37,391 nucleotides of DNA from Candidatus Woesearchaeota archaeon (GCA_018303515.1 JAGVXZ010000025.1:1-37391), one strand, 5' to 3'. Shown: positions 17,373-26,796, counted from the first letter of the stretch. Numbers and translations: made by a program. The notes: generated from the sequence alone by a model not told the origin.

Positions 17373-18004
17373 TTTAATTCCTCTAAGTCTTGCTTAGAAA
17401 ATGGAATTATAATATTCCACTCTCTCTCAACTTTCTTTGCAATTTCGCTATTAGTTTTCAAATCCTTTAAGATAATTTTCTTTTTTGTCATCTCTTTTTT
17501 CAAACTTATTCTAATATTTGAAGGCATTTTTCTAGTCCTTATAAAATTTCTACTTACATCATATAATGCACCAAGTTCTCTTTCAACATTTTTAGATTTT
17601 GCAATTTTATGGAGTTTTGTCCAATTTCTTATATGGTTAAATAAATACAAACTAGAAAATATTATCCTAAAATTTCTTGTTAGGATTGCATCGACAAGAG
17701 CATTTTCAACACTATACTTCCCAAAAATCTCATGTTTAAAAGTGGGGGCAAGTTTAAATTTAGAATATTTATTAATTATATCAAAAAGGTTCTTTTCACC
17801 TTTGACAAACTTTTTTTGACTTATCGTATAGATCCTCTTTTGTTTACCTCCACCTTGTGTTTTAAGGTATCCTTCTCCTCTTAGTTTACTTATTATATTT
17901 GCAGCTGTTCCTTGTTTGACTTTTAATGCGCTTGCAATTGTCTCGATTGTTTGTTTTCCTTCCAACCTTTTAACTAAATTTCCCCTTTCCATAGGGTTAA
18001 GCAT
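17369..18004 (-). CDS. wHTH DNA-binding protein (AbiEi-like partner of the nucleotidyltransferase)
   Basis: 211 aa with an N-terminal wHTH (QTIETIASALKVKQGTAANIISKLRGEGYLK). An alternative start at M5 (17992) would sit about 26 nt downstream of a TATA-like element. Confidence 0.6.
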   Translation of the reverse strand: MLNPMERGNLVKRLEGKQTIETIASALKVKQGTAANIISKLRGEGYLKTQGGGKQKRIYTISQKKFVKGEKNLFDIINKYSKFKLAPTFKHEIFGKYSVENALVDAILTRNFRIIFSSLYLFNHIRNWTKLHKIAKSKNVERELGALYDVSRNFIRTRKMPSNIRISLKKEMTKKKIILKDLKTNSEIAKKVEREWNIIIPFSKQDLEELK

Positions 18005-18134
18005 ACAAACAGATATATAAATGTTCTGTTTATGGGATGAAGTTATATCCCTTAAGTTAGATGAGCCATAATTTCTAAAGGTTTAAAATCTTCAATTTTG
18101 TGTAACTTAACATCTTTTTGAATTTTTTTTAAAC

Positions 18135-18713
18135 TTAGATTTTTCCAACTAAATCTAATCCAGGTTTCAAGGTTTTACTTCCTGGTTTCCATGAGGCAGG
18201 ACAAACTTCTCCATCATGCTCACGAACAAATTTAGCAGCTTGTAATTTACGTAACAATTCATCAGCACTTCTTCCTATGGAATTATCATGTAATTCATAA
18301 CATTTCAAAATTCCATCTGGATCAATAATAAAACTTCCACGTAAAGATAGTCCTTCACCTTCAATATAAGTTCCAAATTGTTTACACAATTTTCCAGTTG
18401 GATCTGCTAACATGGGATATTTTATCTTTTTAATAGACTCTGAATTATCATGCCAAGCCTTATGTACAAAAACAGTATCAGTACTTACAGATAATAACTC
18501 AGCCCCTTCACTTTGAAACTCCTTATATTTATTAGCTAATTCAACTAATTCAGTTGGACAAATAAAAGTAAAATCTGCCGGATAAAAAACTAAACATACC
18601 CATTTTCCTTTATAAGAACTTAACTTAATTTTCTTAACTTCTTCATTATGATACGCCTGAACTTCAATATCTTCAATTTTGTCCCCAATTTTTACAATCT
18701 TATAATCTTCCAT
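18135..18713 (-). CDS. typical 2-Cys peroxiredoxin (AhpC/Prx1 type)
   Basis: Peroxidatic DFTFICPTE and resolving EVCPASW motifs are present. The track ORF starts at a TTG (18719), and the ATG at 18713 (MEDYKIV) is preferred. Confidence 0.9.
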   Translation of the reverse strand: MEDYKIVKIGDKIEDIEVQAYHNEEVKKIKLSSYKGKWVCLVFYPADFTFICPTELVELANKYKEFQSEGAELLSVSTDTVFVHKAWHDNSESIKKIKYPMLADPTGKLCKQFGTYIEGEGLSLRGSFIIDPDGILKCYELHDNSIGRSADELLRKLQAAKFVREHDGEVCPASWKPGSKTLKPGLDLVGKI

Positions 18714-18808
18714 AAACAAAAGAGAATTAATTTATTTATATCTTTTATTGTATTTTAGTTTTACTTAATTTCAAAGGGTATATTAATCTATTGTAACTTA
18801 ACAAATTT

Positions 18809-19462
18809 ATGTTTTCAGATTCACCTTTAGATCACATTGAAACATGGATATTTGATATAAATGGGACTTTAATTTATAACCCCTTTTATTATATTAAAGC
18901 AACTTTTAGTTTCGTTTTCTTACAAATGAACCTAGAAATTCCTGAGGACCCTTTATTAAAAAGAATTTGGTTCTCAAATCACAGAAATGAGTTGATTAAA
19001 GGATTAGAAGTTGATCCAGATATATTTTGGGGTTTATTTAATAAAGTTACTAAGGATAGGTGGGGTTTAGAAAACAGTTCTCAACCTTATGCTGATAGTA
19101 TTGTTCTTGACGAATTATTTGCCAAAGGTAAAAAAATTGCTGCATTCACAAACGCACCTTTATCTAGGGCAAAAATAGAAACTAGTTTAGCCTCACCCAA
19201 TTTTAATGGAAATATTTTATCTGCATATGAATATGGTACTTTAAAACCTAAACCAGATGGACTTTTATATTTAATGGAAAAAATGGGAGCAAAACCAAAT
19301 ACAACCGCTTATGTTGGGAATGGTGATGAAGATATTCAGTGTGGTAATGAAGCTAGAGTAACTACCGTAAGGATTTATAGAAATGAACATTCAATTACTA
19401 GATGTGGAGAAGATTTCACAATAGATTCTTTATTTGAATTAAGAAAACTTTCAGGATTATAG
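18809..19462 (+). CDS. HAD-superfamily hydrolase (phosphatase-like)
   Basis: 217 aa. Motif I is WIFDINGTL (D-x-N instead of D-x-D), motif II is FTNAP, and motif IV is GNGDEDI. Confidence 0.7.
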   Translation: MFSDSPLDHIETWIFDINGTLIYNPFYYIKATFSFVFLQMNLEIPEDPLLKRIWFSNHRNELIKGLEVDPDIFWGLFNKVTKDRWGLENSSQPYADSIVLDELFAKGKKIAAFTNAPLSRAKIETSLASPNFNGNILSAYEYGTLKPKPDGLLYLMEKMGAKPNTTAYVGNGDEDIQCGNEARVTTVRIYRNEHSITRCGEDFTIDSLFELRKLSGL

Positions 19463-19464
19463 TT

Positions 19465-19761
19465 TTAACTAGGAGCATATCTACACTTTCCAAATCTACA
19501 TCTAGCATTTCCTGGGCATGCAATATACTCAAAATCCGCAGCACCATTATTACATACTGCTTCTTTCACTCTTCTTGTTGTTACACACTCATCTTCAAAT
19601 TTATAAATCAAACCAGAATCAGAAAAAATAACTTCCCCTCTGGTAAATTCATCTAAACCATCACTATCTTCACAAACATTAAAATCATCTACGACTTTTC
19701 CAGTATTAACACAAGCTGTAATTAAAAAGAATAAAACTATTAATATCATAACTATTTTCAT
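19465..19761 (-). CDS. small secreted Cys-rich lipoprotein (hypothetical)
   Basis: 98 aa with a signal peptide, lipobox-like LITAC and eight further Cys. Confidence 0.5.
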   Translation of the reverse strand: MKIVMILIVLFFLITACVNTGKVVDDFNVCEDSDGLDEFTRGEVIFSDSGLIYKFEDECVTTRRVKEAVCNNGAADFEYIACPGNARCRFGKCRYAPS

Positions 19762-19838
19762 AAAATAAATTTAGTTTCAAATGTATTTAAACCTTTTTAT
19801 GAATTAAAAATTATTCATCTATATATTCTTTCAATTTA

Positions 19839-20336
19839 TCAAGCAATTTTCCTCATACTAATTTTATTCTTCTCTTCCAAACTCATTTCAGCAAAAGTTT
19901 TACTGAAATCAGAAGGCTGGAATATAGAGTCCCATCCAAAACCATTTTCACCTCTGGGTAAAACAATTTTTCCTTCAATTACACCTTCAAAATACTTAAT
20001 ATTTTCACCATCAGTATAACCAATAGTACATTTAGCCCAAGCTTTATTGTTTCCATATTTAGAAACGAGTTCACTTAACCCACTATACCCAATACTCTTT
20101 CCAAACCACTTAATTAAAGTTCCAGGCAATCCATTCAAACATTCAATTTCAAGTGTAATATCGTCGACAATAAGTTTGCCTTTAACTTTTTTCATTGCCT
20201 CTTTTAATTTATGTTCGATAACTTCTTTAGAACTTAAACTTTGGATTTCCTCAAGTTCAATCTCATAACCCTTTATTAAAGGAAATATTTCTTGTGCTTC
20301 CATTAATTTTTCTTTATTGCCTGTTAAAAATTTCAT
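19839..20336 (-). CDS. rdgB: non-canonical purine NTP pyrophosphatase (ITPase, RdgB/HAM1 family)
   Basis: 165 aa with FLTGNKEKL, VDDITLEIECLNGLPG, GFGWDSIFQP and EEKNKISMR. It overlaps guaB by 4 nt. Confidence 0.85.
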   Translation of the reverse strand: MKFLTGNKEKLMEAQEIFPLIKGYEIELEEIQSLSSKEVIEHKLKEAMKKVKGKLIVDDITLEIECLNGLPGTLIKWFGKSIGYSGLSELVSKYGNNKAWAKCTIGYTDGENIKYFEGVIEGKIVLPRGENGFGWDSIFQPSDFSKTFAEMSLEEKNKISMRKIA

Positions 20337-21802
20337 ATTAACTCTACATCATGTGGTTTACTCTCTTGCCAAGATGCTGGACTTATTCTTACAAATTCAG
20401 CTTTCTTCCAGAAATCTTCAATAGTATAGGCACCAGTATAACTCATTCCAGATTTAAGTCCTTTAACTAATGGTTTAATTAATTCCTCTGCTGTCCCAGT
20501 ATAATGTACTAATGCTTCCACCCCTTCTGGATTATATTCCACATCAACATCTTCTCCCATTTTTTGATTTCTAGTCATGTTTGCTCCGAAACTTGCACTA
20601 CCCCTATAAATCTTATACTTCCTTCCGTTTCTCATTATTGTAATTCCTGGACTTTCAGCAGTGCCAGCTAAAGATCTATTTCTCATTACAGTACTTGCAC
20701 CAGCACCAATTGCTTTTGCAATATTACCTGCCATTCCTCCAATTCCTCCATCAGCCATAACTGGCACATTATATTCATGACCTATTCTTGAACAGTCTAA
20801 CACAGCAGTAAACTGTGGAACACCAGCACCAGCAACTAACCTTGTGGTACAAATTGCTCCACTACCAATTCCTATCTTAACACAATCCGCTCCTGCAGAA
20901 ATAAGGTCTTGTGTAGCAAGTGCAGTAGCAACATTACCAACAATCAATTCAGTTTCAAATCTTTTTTTAATTTGTTTTGTTGCATTTATTGCTAATTTAT
21001 TGTGGCCATGTGCAACATCAATAAGAATACAATCACAACCTGAATTTAATAATGCCTCAGTCCTTTCTAAATAATCTCTCTTAACACCAACAGCAGCTCC
21101 AACCAACAATCTTCCTTTTTTGTCTTTAGAGGCCAAAGGATACTTGTCTCTATTTTCAATATCTTTTGAAGTTATTAATCCAAAAATATTTCCTTCCTCA
21201 TCAACTAAAGGTAATTTTTCTATTCTGTATTTTTGTAATATTCCCCTTGCAGCTTCCGTCCCAGTTCCAATAGGTGCAGTTATTGGATTTTTAGTCATTA
21301 TTTCTTTTACTGCAACCCTCTCATCATCAATAAATTTAATATCTCTATTACTTAAAATTCCAACTAATTTTTCATATTCATCTACAACTAACAACCCATG
21401 TATTTCCTGTTTTAACATTAATGACTTAGCATCATGTAAACTCTGATTTTCACTTATAATAAATGGTCTTTCAATAATTACAGACTCGGCCCTTTTAACT
21501 TTAAGAACTTCGTTAGCTTGATCCTCTATTTTCATGTACCTATGTATTATTCCAATTCCACCTATCCTTGCCATTGAAATTGCCATTTTACTTTCAGTTA
21601 CAGTATCCATGTTACCTGATACAAATGGGATTTTCAATCTAATTTTTTTTGTAAGTTGTGCAGAAACATTAACCTCATTTCTTGAATTAATTTCAGAATA
21701 TTGTGGAACAAGTAAAACATCATTATAAGTTAAACCCATACCTGGTAAAATCTTAGGTTTTTGTATCATTTCATAATCAAGATCTAACCTCTCTTTTTCC
21801 AT
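20333..21802 (-). CDS. guaB: IMP dehydrogenase with CBS pair
   Basis: 489 aa with the catalytic loop [13 protein letters not shown], a CBS insert ([21 protein letters not shown]) and [13 protein letters not shown]. Confidence 0.95.
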   Translation of the reverse strand: MEKERLDLDYEMIQKPKILPGMGLTYNDVLLVPQYSEINSRNEVNVSAQLTKKIRLKIPFVSGNMDTVTESKMAISMARIGGIGIIHRYMKIEDQANEVLKVKRAESVIIERPFIISENQSLHDAKSLMLKQEIHGLLVVDEYEKLVGILSNRDIKFIDDERVAVKEIMTKNPITAPIGTGTEAARGILQKYRIEKLPLVDEEGNIFGLITSKDIENRDKYPLASKDKKGRLLVGAAVGVKRDYLERTEALLNSGCDCILIDVAHGHNKLAINATKQIKKRFETELIVGNVATALATQDLISAGADCVKIGIGSGAICTTRLVAGAGVPQFTAVLDCSRIGHEYNVPVMADGGIGGMAGNIAKAIGAGASTVMRNRSLAGTAESPGITIMRNGRKYKIYRGSASFGANMTRNQKMGEDVDVEYNPEGVEALVHYTGTAEELIKPLVKGLKSGMSYTGAYTIEDFWKKAEFVRISPASWQESKPHDVELI

Positions 21803-21856
21803 AAAATAAACCCCCAGACAGACAATTAAAACCTTCTTAATAAGGATTTCTGTAAT

Positions 21857-24139
21857 TTAATAATCAAACAAACTTTTCTGTTTTCCTTCAATTAAACTCT
21901 CAAAATTCGTATCAAAGAAACAAAGCACAGAATCTGCAATAGGTTTTATTTGTTTCTCAATATAATGTTTATAATCTAAATCATGCCTTATATCTTGAAT
22001 AGGTTCTGGCCCATCTGTCGTAATTACATATTCTATTAAATTGCTCTCAAGAACTTTCAATTTTCTAGCCGCTTTAACATGTGGTGGAGAAGTTTTAGTA
22101 TAATCACTCAAATCCTTTCTTATCTGTTTTTTATAAATTAATTTCTCATCTAATTTTCCTTTTATAATCTTATCTACAAATTTCTTAACAAATACATCAA
22201 CTTCTTCTTTCTCAAAAACTTTTTTTAAAAGTTCTTGCTGAAATTCTTTTGCTGCTTCCGTCCAATCACCACGAACTGATTCTAATCCCACAGTCTCAAG
22301 TTTTCCATTCACTAATCCAGCATATCTTTTCTTTGCACCTTTTTCTCTTCCTCTTAATTTTGGCATTAAAAACCGGGAATAAACTTTTTCAAATTCCATT
22401 TCAAGTATAGAATTTCTTTTATATTTTTCTTTTACATATTTTTTATAATATTTATTTATTTCTTCTCGTAATCTAGTTCCAATTTTTTCAGCATCTTTCA
22501 AATTTTTCGCATTTGAAACTACAAAGAAACTATCAGTGTCATTATAGATTATTTTATAGCCTAAATTCTCAATAACTTTGTCAGTTAATTTAATAATATA
22601 ATGCCCAAAATGTGTTATTGCATTTGCAATAGATGGATTATAAAATCTACAATTGGGCGAAGCCAAAACACCATACATTGAATTCAATTGTATTTTAAGA
22701 GCATATCTTGTTAATTCATCTTTTTTCTTTTTTGCCTCATCTCTTTCTTTCCAAATTTTTTCTAATAAAATTGGCATTATTCCATCTTCATTTCTGAAAC
22801 AAGCACCATTAGGTGCTTTAATCATATCCAATTTACAATTTTCAACATAAGAATAAGGATCTATATTAAAAGTCCTCATAATAGAGGGATAAAGAGATTT
22901 AAAATCCAATACAATAATATTATCATAAATGCCAGGTATTGGATCTTTAACATATCCACCTGTGGTTCTTATCTCCATACCTTTATAACTCAAGGTTGGG
23001 CAGACTACTCTTCTGCTCATAGCTTCTTTAATATATAAGAAATCCAAAGCAGCAATAGAACCATTAACCCTTTCTAAAGGTAAACCTGTAATAATTGATT
23101 TTTTAATATTTAATTCTAAAACCTTAGATTTATATAAAAGTTCATAAACTAACTCAGCATCTCTTAAATTATAATTTACTAACTTTTGTTGATCTTTTTC
23201 ATAATACTCCTGAATTTTATAACCTCTTCCAGATCCAGTTAATAGTTTCCCATAACCTAAAACTTTTTGGGACGCAGTTTCAAGTTTATAATCCTGTAGA
23301 TCAATAAAAGAATTTCTTAACAGATGCATCCCATCTAAACAAGCTCTTCCGGTTACATACGCTGTTGAACTTTTAATAAAACTTGATTCTAATCTTAATT
23401 TTACCTGTGAATTGTCCCTTCCTAAAAGAAATGGGATTTTATTTTCTTTGAATCTTTCCTTAAGAAAAGCCATATCTAAATCAATAAAATTCCATCCAGT
23501 TAAAACATCTGGATCAATCTCAAGAACTTTTTCTTTAAATTTTTCTAACATCTCAGATTCATTTTTACAACTCACTGCATTTTTCAGTTTCTTCTCTGAA
23601 ACTATAAATACTTTCTTAAACTCTTCAGAATAAATTGAAACACATAGTATTTTAGTTCCTTCCAAATCAAGTTCAATATCAAAAGATAAAACTTTCAAAT
23701 TTGGAATATATTCACAAGAATCTATTATTGGATTTTTATAAACTCTATCAACGTAATCATTACTTTCATATTCTCCATTAATTTCAATACAACCTTGTAG
23801 TTTATTATCAATCAAAAATCTATAAGCAAATTTAATATCAGCTTCATAACAATCTATTTTTCCTTTAATTAGTTTTTCTCTTAAAGGTGGAACTTCAGAA
23901 GGTAGATTAACTAAAACTTTCACAACTTCTTCATTATCAAAATTTTTAAAATTACATTTCTGAATCTCAAATTCTCCATAGTTTAAAGCCTTTTTTTGTT
24001 CATTTCTTTTAATATAAAAATAAGGTTTCTGTTCATTAATTGTAACAAAACTTTCACCATTTTCTAATTTTCCAAATAAGAAAACATAAGCTTTATCATT
24101 TACTATTCTATAAGTAGGATCTATAACAAAACCTTTCAT
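21857..24139 (-). CDS. polB: family-B DNA polymerase
   Basis: 760 aa with exonuclease motifs SFDIELD and YNLRDAEL. Polymerase motifs are DFKSLYPSIM, KIQLNSMYGVL and YNDTDSFF. Confidence 0.95.
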   Translation of the reverse strand: MKGFVIDPTYRIVNDKAYVFLFGKLENGESFVTINEQKPYFYIKRNEQKKALNYGEFEIQKCNFKNFDNEEVVKVLVNLPSEVPPLREKLIKGKIDCYEADIKFAYRFLIDNKLQGCIEINGEYESNDYVDRVYKNPIIDSCEYIPNLKVLSFDIELDLEGTKILCVSIYSEEFKKVFIVSEKKLKNAVSCKNESEMLEKFKEKVLEIDPDVLTGWNFIDLDMAFLKERFKENKIPFLLGRDNSQVKLRLESSFIKSSTAYVTGRACLDGMHLLRNSFIDLQDYKLETASQKVLGYGKLLTGSGRGYKIQEYYEKDQQKLVNYNLRDAELVYELLYKSKVLELNIKKSIITGLPLERVNGSIAALDFLYIKEAMSRRVVCPTLSYKGMEIRTTGGYVKDPIPGIYDNIIVLDFKSLYPSIMRTFNIDPYSYVENCKLDMIKAPNGACFRNEDGIMPILLEKIWKERDEAKKKKDELTRYALKIQLNSMYGVLASPNCRFYNPSIANAITHFGHYIIKLTDKVIENLGYKIIYNDTDSFFVVSNAKNLKDAEKIGTRLREEINKYYKKYVKEKYKRNSILEMEFEKVYSRFLMPKLRGREKGAKKRYAGLVNGKLETVGLESVRGDWTEAAKEFQQELLKKVFEKEEVDVFVKKFVDKIIKGKLDEKLIYKKQIRKDLSDYTKTSPPHVKAARKLKVLESNLIEYVITTDGPEPIQDIRHDLDYKHYIEKQIKPIADSVLCFFDTNFESLIEGKQKSLFDY

Positions 24140-24370
24140 TAGAATAATAATCTCCTTCTAACTTATAAAATTATTTGAAAACTAAACCATCAAGTAAATA
24201 CAATGATTTTTGAACAAAAAATTAAAATTAATTTACAATCAATATTTTTTATTTAACTCCTTGATTTTATATATTAAATCCCCTTTTTATTTAATATATT
24301 TTCTACAATTGAGAATTTGTCCTAAACTTTTAAATAAGGATTAGGATTTTTATTTCTTTTATAAGCTTAA

Positions 24371-24741
24371 CATTTTCAACCAGCAGACGAGCCTTTGCTA
24401 CGTTTTGTGTTTGAGAATTCTGCATATCGAGAAGAACTAAAGCAGTTCAAAAAGAAACTATGGCTCCCCAAGCCAGAATTATTGCTTGCCACAAAATAAA
24501 TGCTTTAAAGTACAGGGATAAAGAGCATAAGAAAATCAAAGACTTGTGCGATATTTTTGTGTTGTTATGGTCTTCTGAAGAAAAACCGCAAGAATTGAAA
24601 AAGAAAATAGTGCAATTTGTTACGACTGAGGAAATTCATGCTTCTATATCAATCATTAACGAAGATGATTATCAAAAAACCAGCCAACAATTGAATCATA
24701 GTGTTGAAGAAATACGAAGGGTAATTGAATTATTGAGTTGA
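24371..24741 (+). pseudogene. 5'-truncated, frameshifted remnant of a nucleotidyltransferase-family gene
   Basis: The frame 24371..24499 reads HFQPADEPLLRFVFENSAYREELKQFKKKLWLPKPELLLATK-stop. The track ORF 24460..24741, in the -1 frame, continues ...KINALKYRDKEHKKIKDLCDIFVLLW.... One extra A in the A4 run 24493..24496 would join them as PELLLATKINALKYRDKEHKKIKDLCDI. That joined sequence has the same C-terminal motif as the NTase at 16728..17372. No N-terminal NTase half is present. Confidence 0.45.
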
Positions 24742-24840
24742 CTTTAACACTTCTTCAAAATTCTCTACAAATTTTATGTTTATCCCATTAAGTTCTCTCA
24801 TTATTTTTTAGTTTGGATTAATTATATTATTAATTAAAAT

Positions 24841-25081
24841 CTATTCTTTAACAACAACTTTAAACTTCTTAGAAAGTCCCATACAAGGTTTAACAATTTC
24901 ATAATTCTTTAACTTCTTTTCTTCAGCCCATTTCCTAGCACTCTCTTCACTAGAAAATGATTTTGTTTTATTCCTGGGCCTTCTAAATCCACCAAAACTT
25001 GTAGAAATCAGTTTAAATCTTAAAACATTTTTAAACCTTTCTAATATATTTTCAACAAGAGAAATTCTTTTTAATAATCAT
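24841..25081 (-). pseudogene. possible frameshifted small gene (about 79 aa if repaired)
   Basis: A minus-strand frame is open for 78 codons (24844..25077, stop at 24841..24843). It reads ...LVENILERFKNVLRFKLISTSFGGFRRPRNKTKSFSSEESARKWAEEKKLKNYEIVKPCMGLSKKFKVVVKE, but has no start codon. The ATG at 25081 is in another frame (MIIKKNFSC-stop). Losing one A from the A5 run (25068..25072) would fuse them. Only 24 bp separate it from the dNK start, so it may be non-functional. Confidence 0.25.
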
Positions 25082-25105
25082 TTAAGCTTCTTAAAAAGAA
25101 AAAAG

Positions 25106-25897
25106 ATGGCAATTTCAGGTGGCATAGCAGGTATCATGGGCAACATAGGTGCTGGTAAAAGTACTTTAGCTAATTTTCTTCAATCTAAAAGAGGTTTAGA
25201 AATCCTAAGAGAACATATTCCAGAAAAGATTCCAATAAGAATAATTAACGAACCAACTGATCCTTATGCAAGAAAAGCATTTTATTCTGATCGGGAAAAA
25301 TATACAGACAGGTTTGAAATTTCTCAAGCTCATCTAAGAATTTTAAGACACATTTTTGCAAATAGATTTAATCTTGATGATAAAACCAAGAAAGAAGAAC
25401 CAGGTATAGTAATCTTTGATAGAACTTTAATAGAAGGTTATAGTATCTTTGGATTAAACTCTTTTGATGATGGATTCTTAACACACCGTGGTTTAGAAGA
25501 ATATAATGATTTAATAAGAAATGCCTGTGATGAATTGGGAAGAAATTTTCCAAGAGAATGTAGTTGGTTAGAGAGTACTTTATTTTATTTAGAAGTAATT
25601 GATTCGAAAATTCTTCAGAAAAGGCAATCTGAGAGAGATGATGTTGACGGAAGCGATGGTGGACAAATTCCATTAGAATATTTACAAAAAATAAATAAAA
25701 GGTATGAAGACCTTACAATAAACACGAAAGAATATTATAAAAAATTTGGATTAAGTGATCCAAAAATAATAAAGCTTAACGGTTCAATTAATATAAGAGA
25801 AAAACCAGAACATTTAGAAGAATGTGCCGACAAAATGGGAAAAAACATCTGGGAGATGGTTGAGGCTTGTTCAGATCTAAGTGGGAGATATAAATGA
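25106..25897 (+). CDS. deoxynucleoside kinase family protein (dNK/dCK/dGK fold), copy 1
   Basis: 263 aa with P-loop GNIGAGKST and the substrate-cleft pattern NEPTDPYARKAFYSD...FEISQAHLRILR. A DRS-type motif is present (FDRTLIEGYSIF), as is a lid-like KRQSERDD. Confidence 0.8.
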   Translation: MAISGGIAGIMGNIGAGKSTLANFLQSKRGLEILREHIPEKIPIRIINEPTDPYARKAFYSDREKYTDRFEISQAHLRILRHIFANRFNLDDKTKKEEPGIVIFDRTLIEGYSIFGLNSFDDGFLTHRGLEEYNDLIRNACDELGRNFPRECSWLESTLFYLEVIDSKILQKRQSERDDVDGSDGGQIPLEYLQKINKRYEDLTINTKEYYKKFGLSDPKIIKLNGSINIREKPEHLEECADKMGKNIWEMVEACSDLSGRYK

Positions 25898-26796
25898 CAC
25901 AGAATAATTTGATAGATGTAGATGAAATATTAGGTTTGGAAGATCACGAATTAATTGATAGAGATGGTGAAGCTAATGAAAGAATTAAAAGATTTTTAAA
26001 CGAAAAATTACCCGTAATCACAGTTGATGGGAATATTGGTTTTGGAAAAACAAGAATAGCTAAAACAATTGCAAAACACGGTGCGGTAATTTCATTGGAA
26101 GACGATACTGATCCCGTTCTTACTCAATTATATTATGAAGTTGGTCGTGATGTATTTGGAACTATATTACAAGCATACTTACTAGCTAAAAGAGCAGCAC
26201 AAAGTTGGGATGGTTTTTTAGAAGTAGTTTCAGGTAGACCTTTTTGTACTGACCGCTCACCATATGGGGAACTGATGTTTATTGATGCCTTAAATAAAAT
26301 TGAGGACGAAAATGGTAAAAAGAATATTGAGGATGAAGCTGCAGCAGGACTTTATAAGGCCTTTGAATTAGTATTTTCTAGAGGCAAAGAATATAAAAAT
26401 GCTTTATTAAATTACAAATCAGATTTATTAGATAGTACCCACGTTGCCAGATCAAAATTATTAAACTTTAAACAGAAAGGTGGCTCCCCTCCACCCGACA
26501 TTCTTGTTCTTTTACATGGTGATAGACAAGTTGCTTGGAATAGATTGAGTGTTAGGGGGAGAGATTACGAGGGCAGTGGAGATTCAACCCAAGGTTTACC
26601 CGAAAAATTGCATATGGCATTACATTGTGCTTATGATAATTTTGAGGAAATAGTTAGAACAAAAGGACTTTATGATGGCCAAATAATATATCTCGAACAA
26701 CCAAAAGTAAACCTTGCAACTAAAAAAGGTGAGTTAGTTTTACTAGAAAGCCTTCTTGCTTTAGAAGATAGATTAGATAACAGAAATGGATTATAA
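25894..26796 (+). CDS. deoxynucleoside kinase family protein, copy 2 (divergent, N-terminal extension)
   Basis: 300 aa with an ATGA overlap with copy 1. It has P-loop DGNIGFGKT, EDDTDPVLTQLYYE...LQAYLLAKR, TDRSPYGELMF and lid RLSVRGRDYEG. Confidence 0.75.
   Translation: MTQNNLIDVDEILGLEDHELIDRDGEANERIKRFLNEKLPVITVDGNIGFGKTRIAKTIAKHGAVISLEDDTDPVLTQLYYEVGRDVFGTILQAYLLAKRAAQSWDGFLEVVSGRPFCTDRSPYGELMFIDALNKIEDENGKKNIEDEAAAGLYKAFELVFSRGKEYKNALLNYKSDLLDSTHVARSKLLNFKQKGGSPPPDILVLLHGDRQVAWNRLSVRGRDYEGSGDSTQGLPEKLHMALHCAYDNFEEIVRTKGLYDGQIIYLEQPKVNLATKKGELVLLESLLALEDRLDNRNGL

Noticed and set aside
20047-23633. Plus-strand track ORFs inside rdgB, guaB and polB (20047..20268, 20844..21074, 21120..21446, 21534..21728, 22653..22850, 23412..23633)
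   Set aside because: They are shadow ORFs opposite highly conserved enzymes.
24140-24370. 230-bp AT-rich intergenic region upstream of polB, as a possible replication origin
   Set aside because: I could not find repeated ORB-like elements or a neighbouring cdc6/orc1 gene. It is adequately explained as the polB promoter plus the island boundary.
24460-24741. Treating the 93-aa track ORF as an intact gene
   Set aside because: Its N-terminal region continues in another frame upstream (24371..24499), and the whole corresponds only to the C-terminal part of an NTase-family protein. It is better read as a frameshifted remnant.
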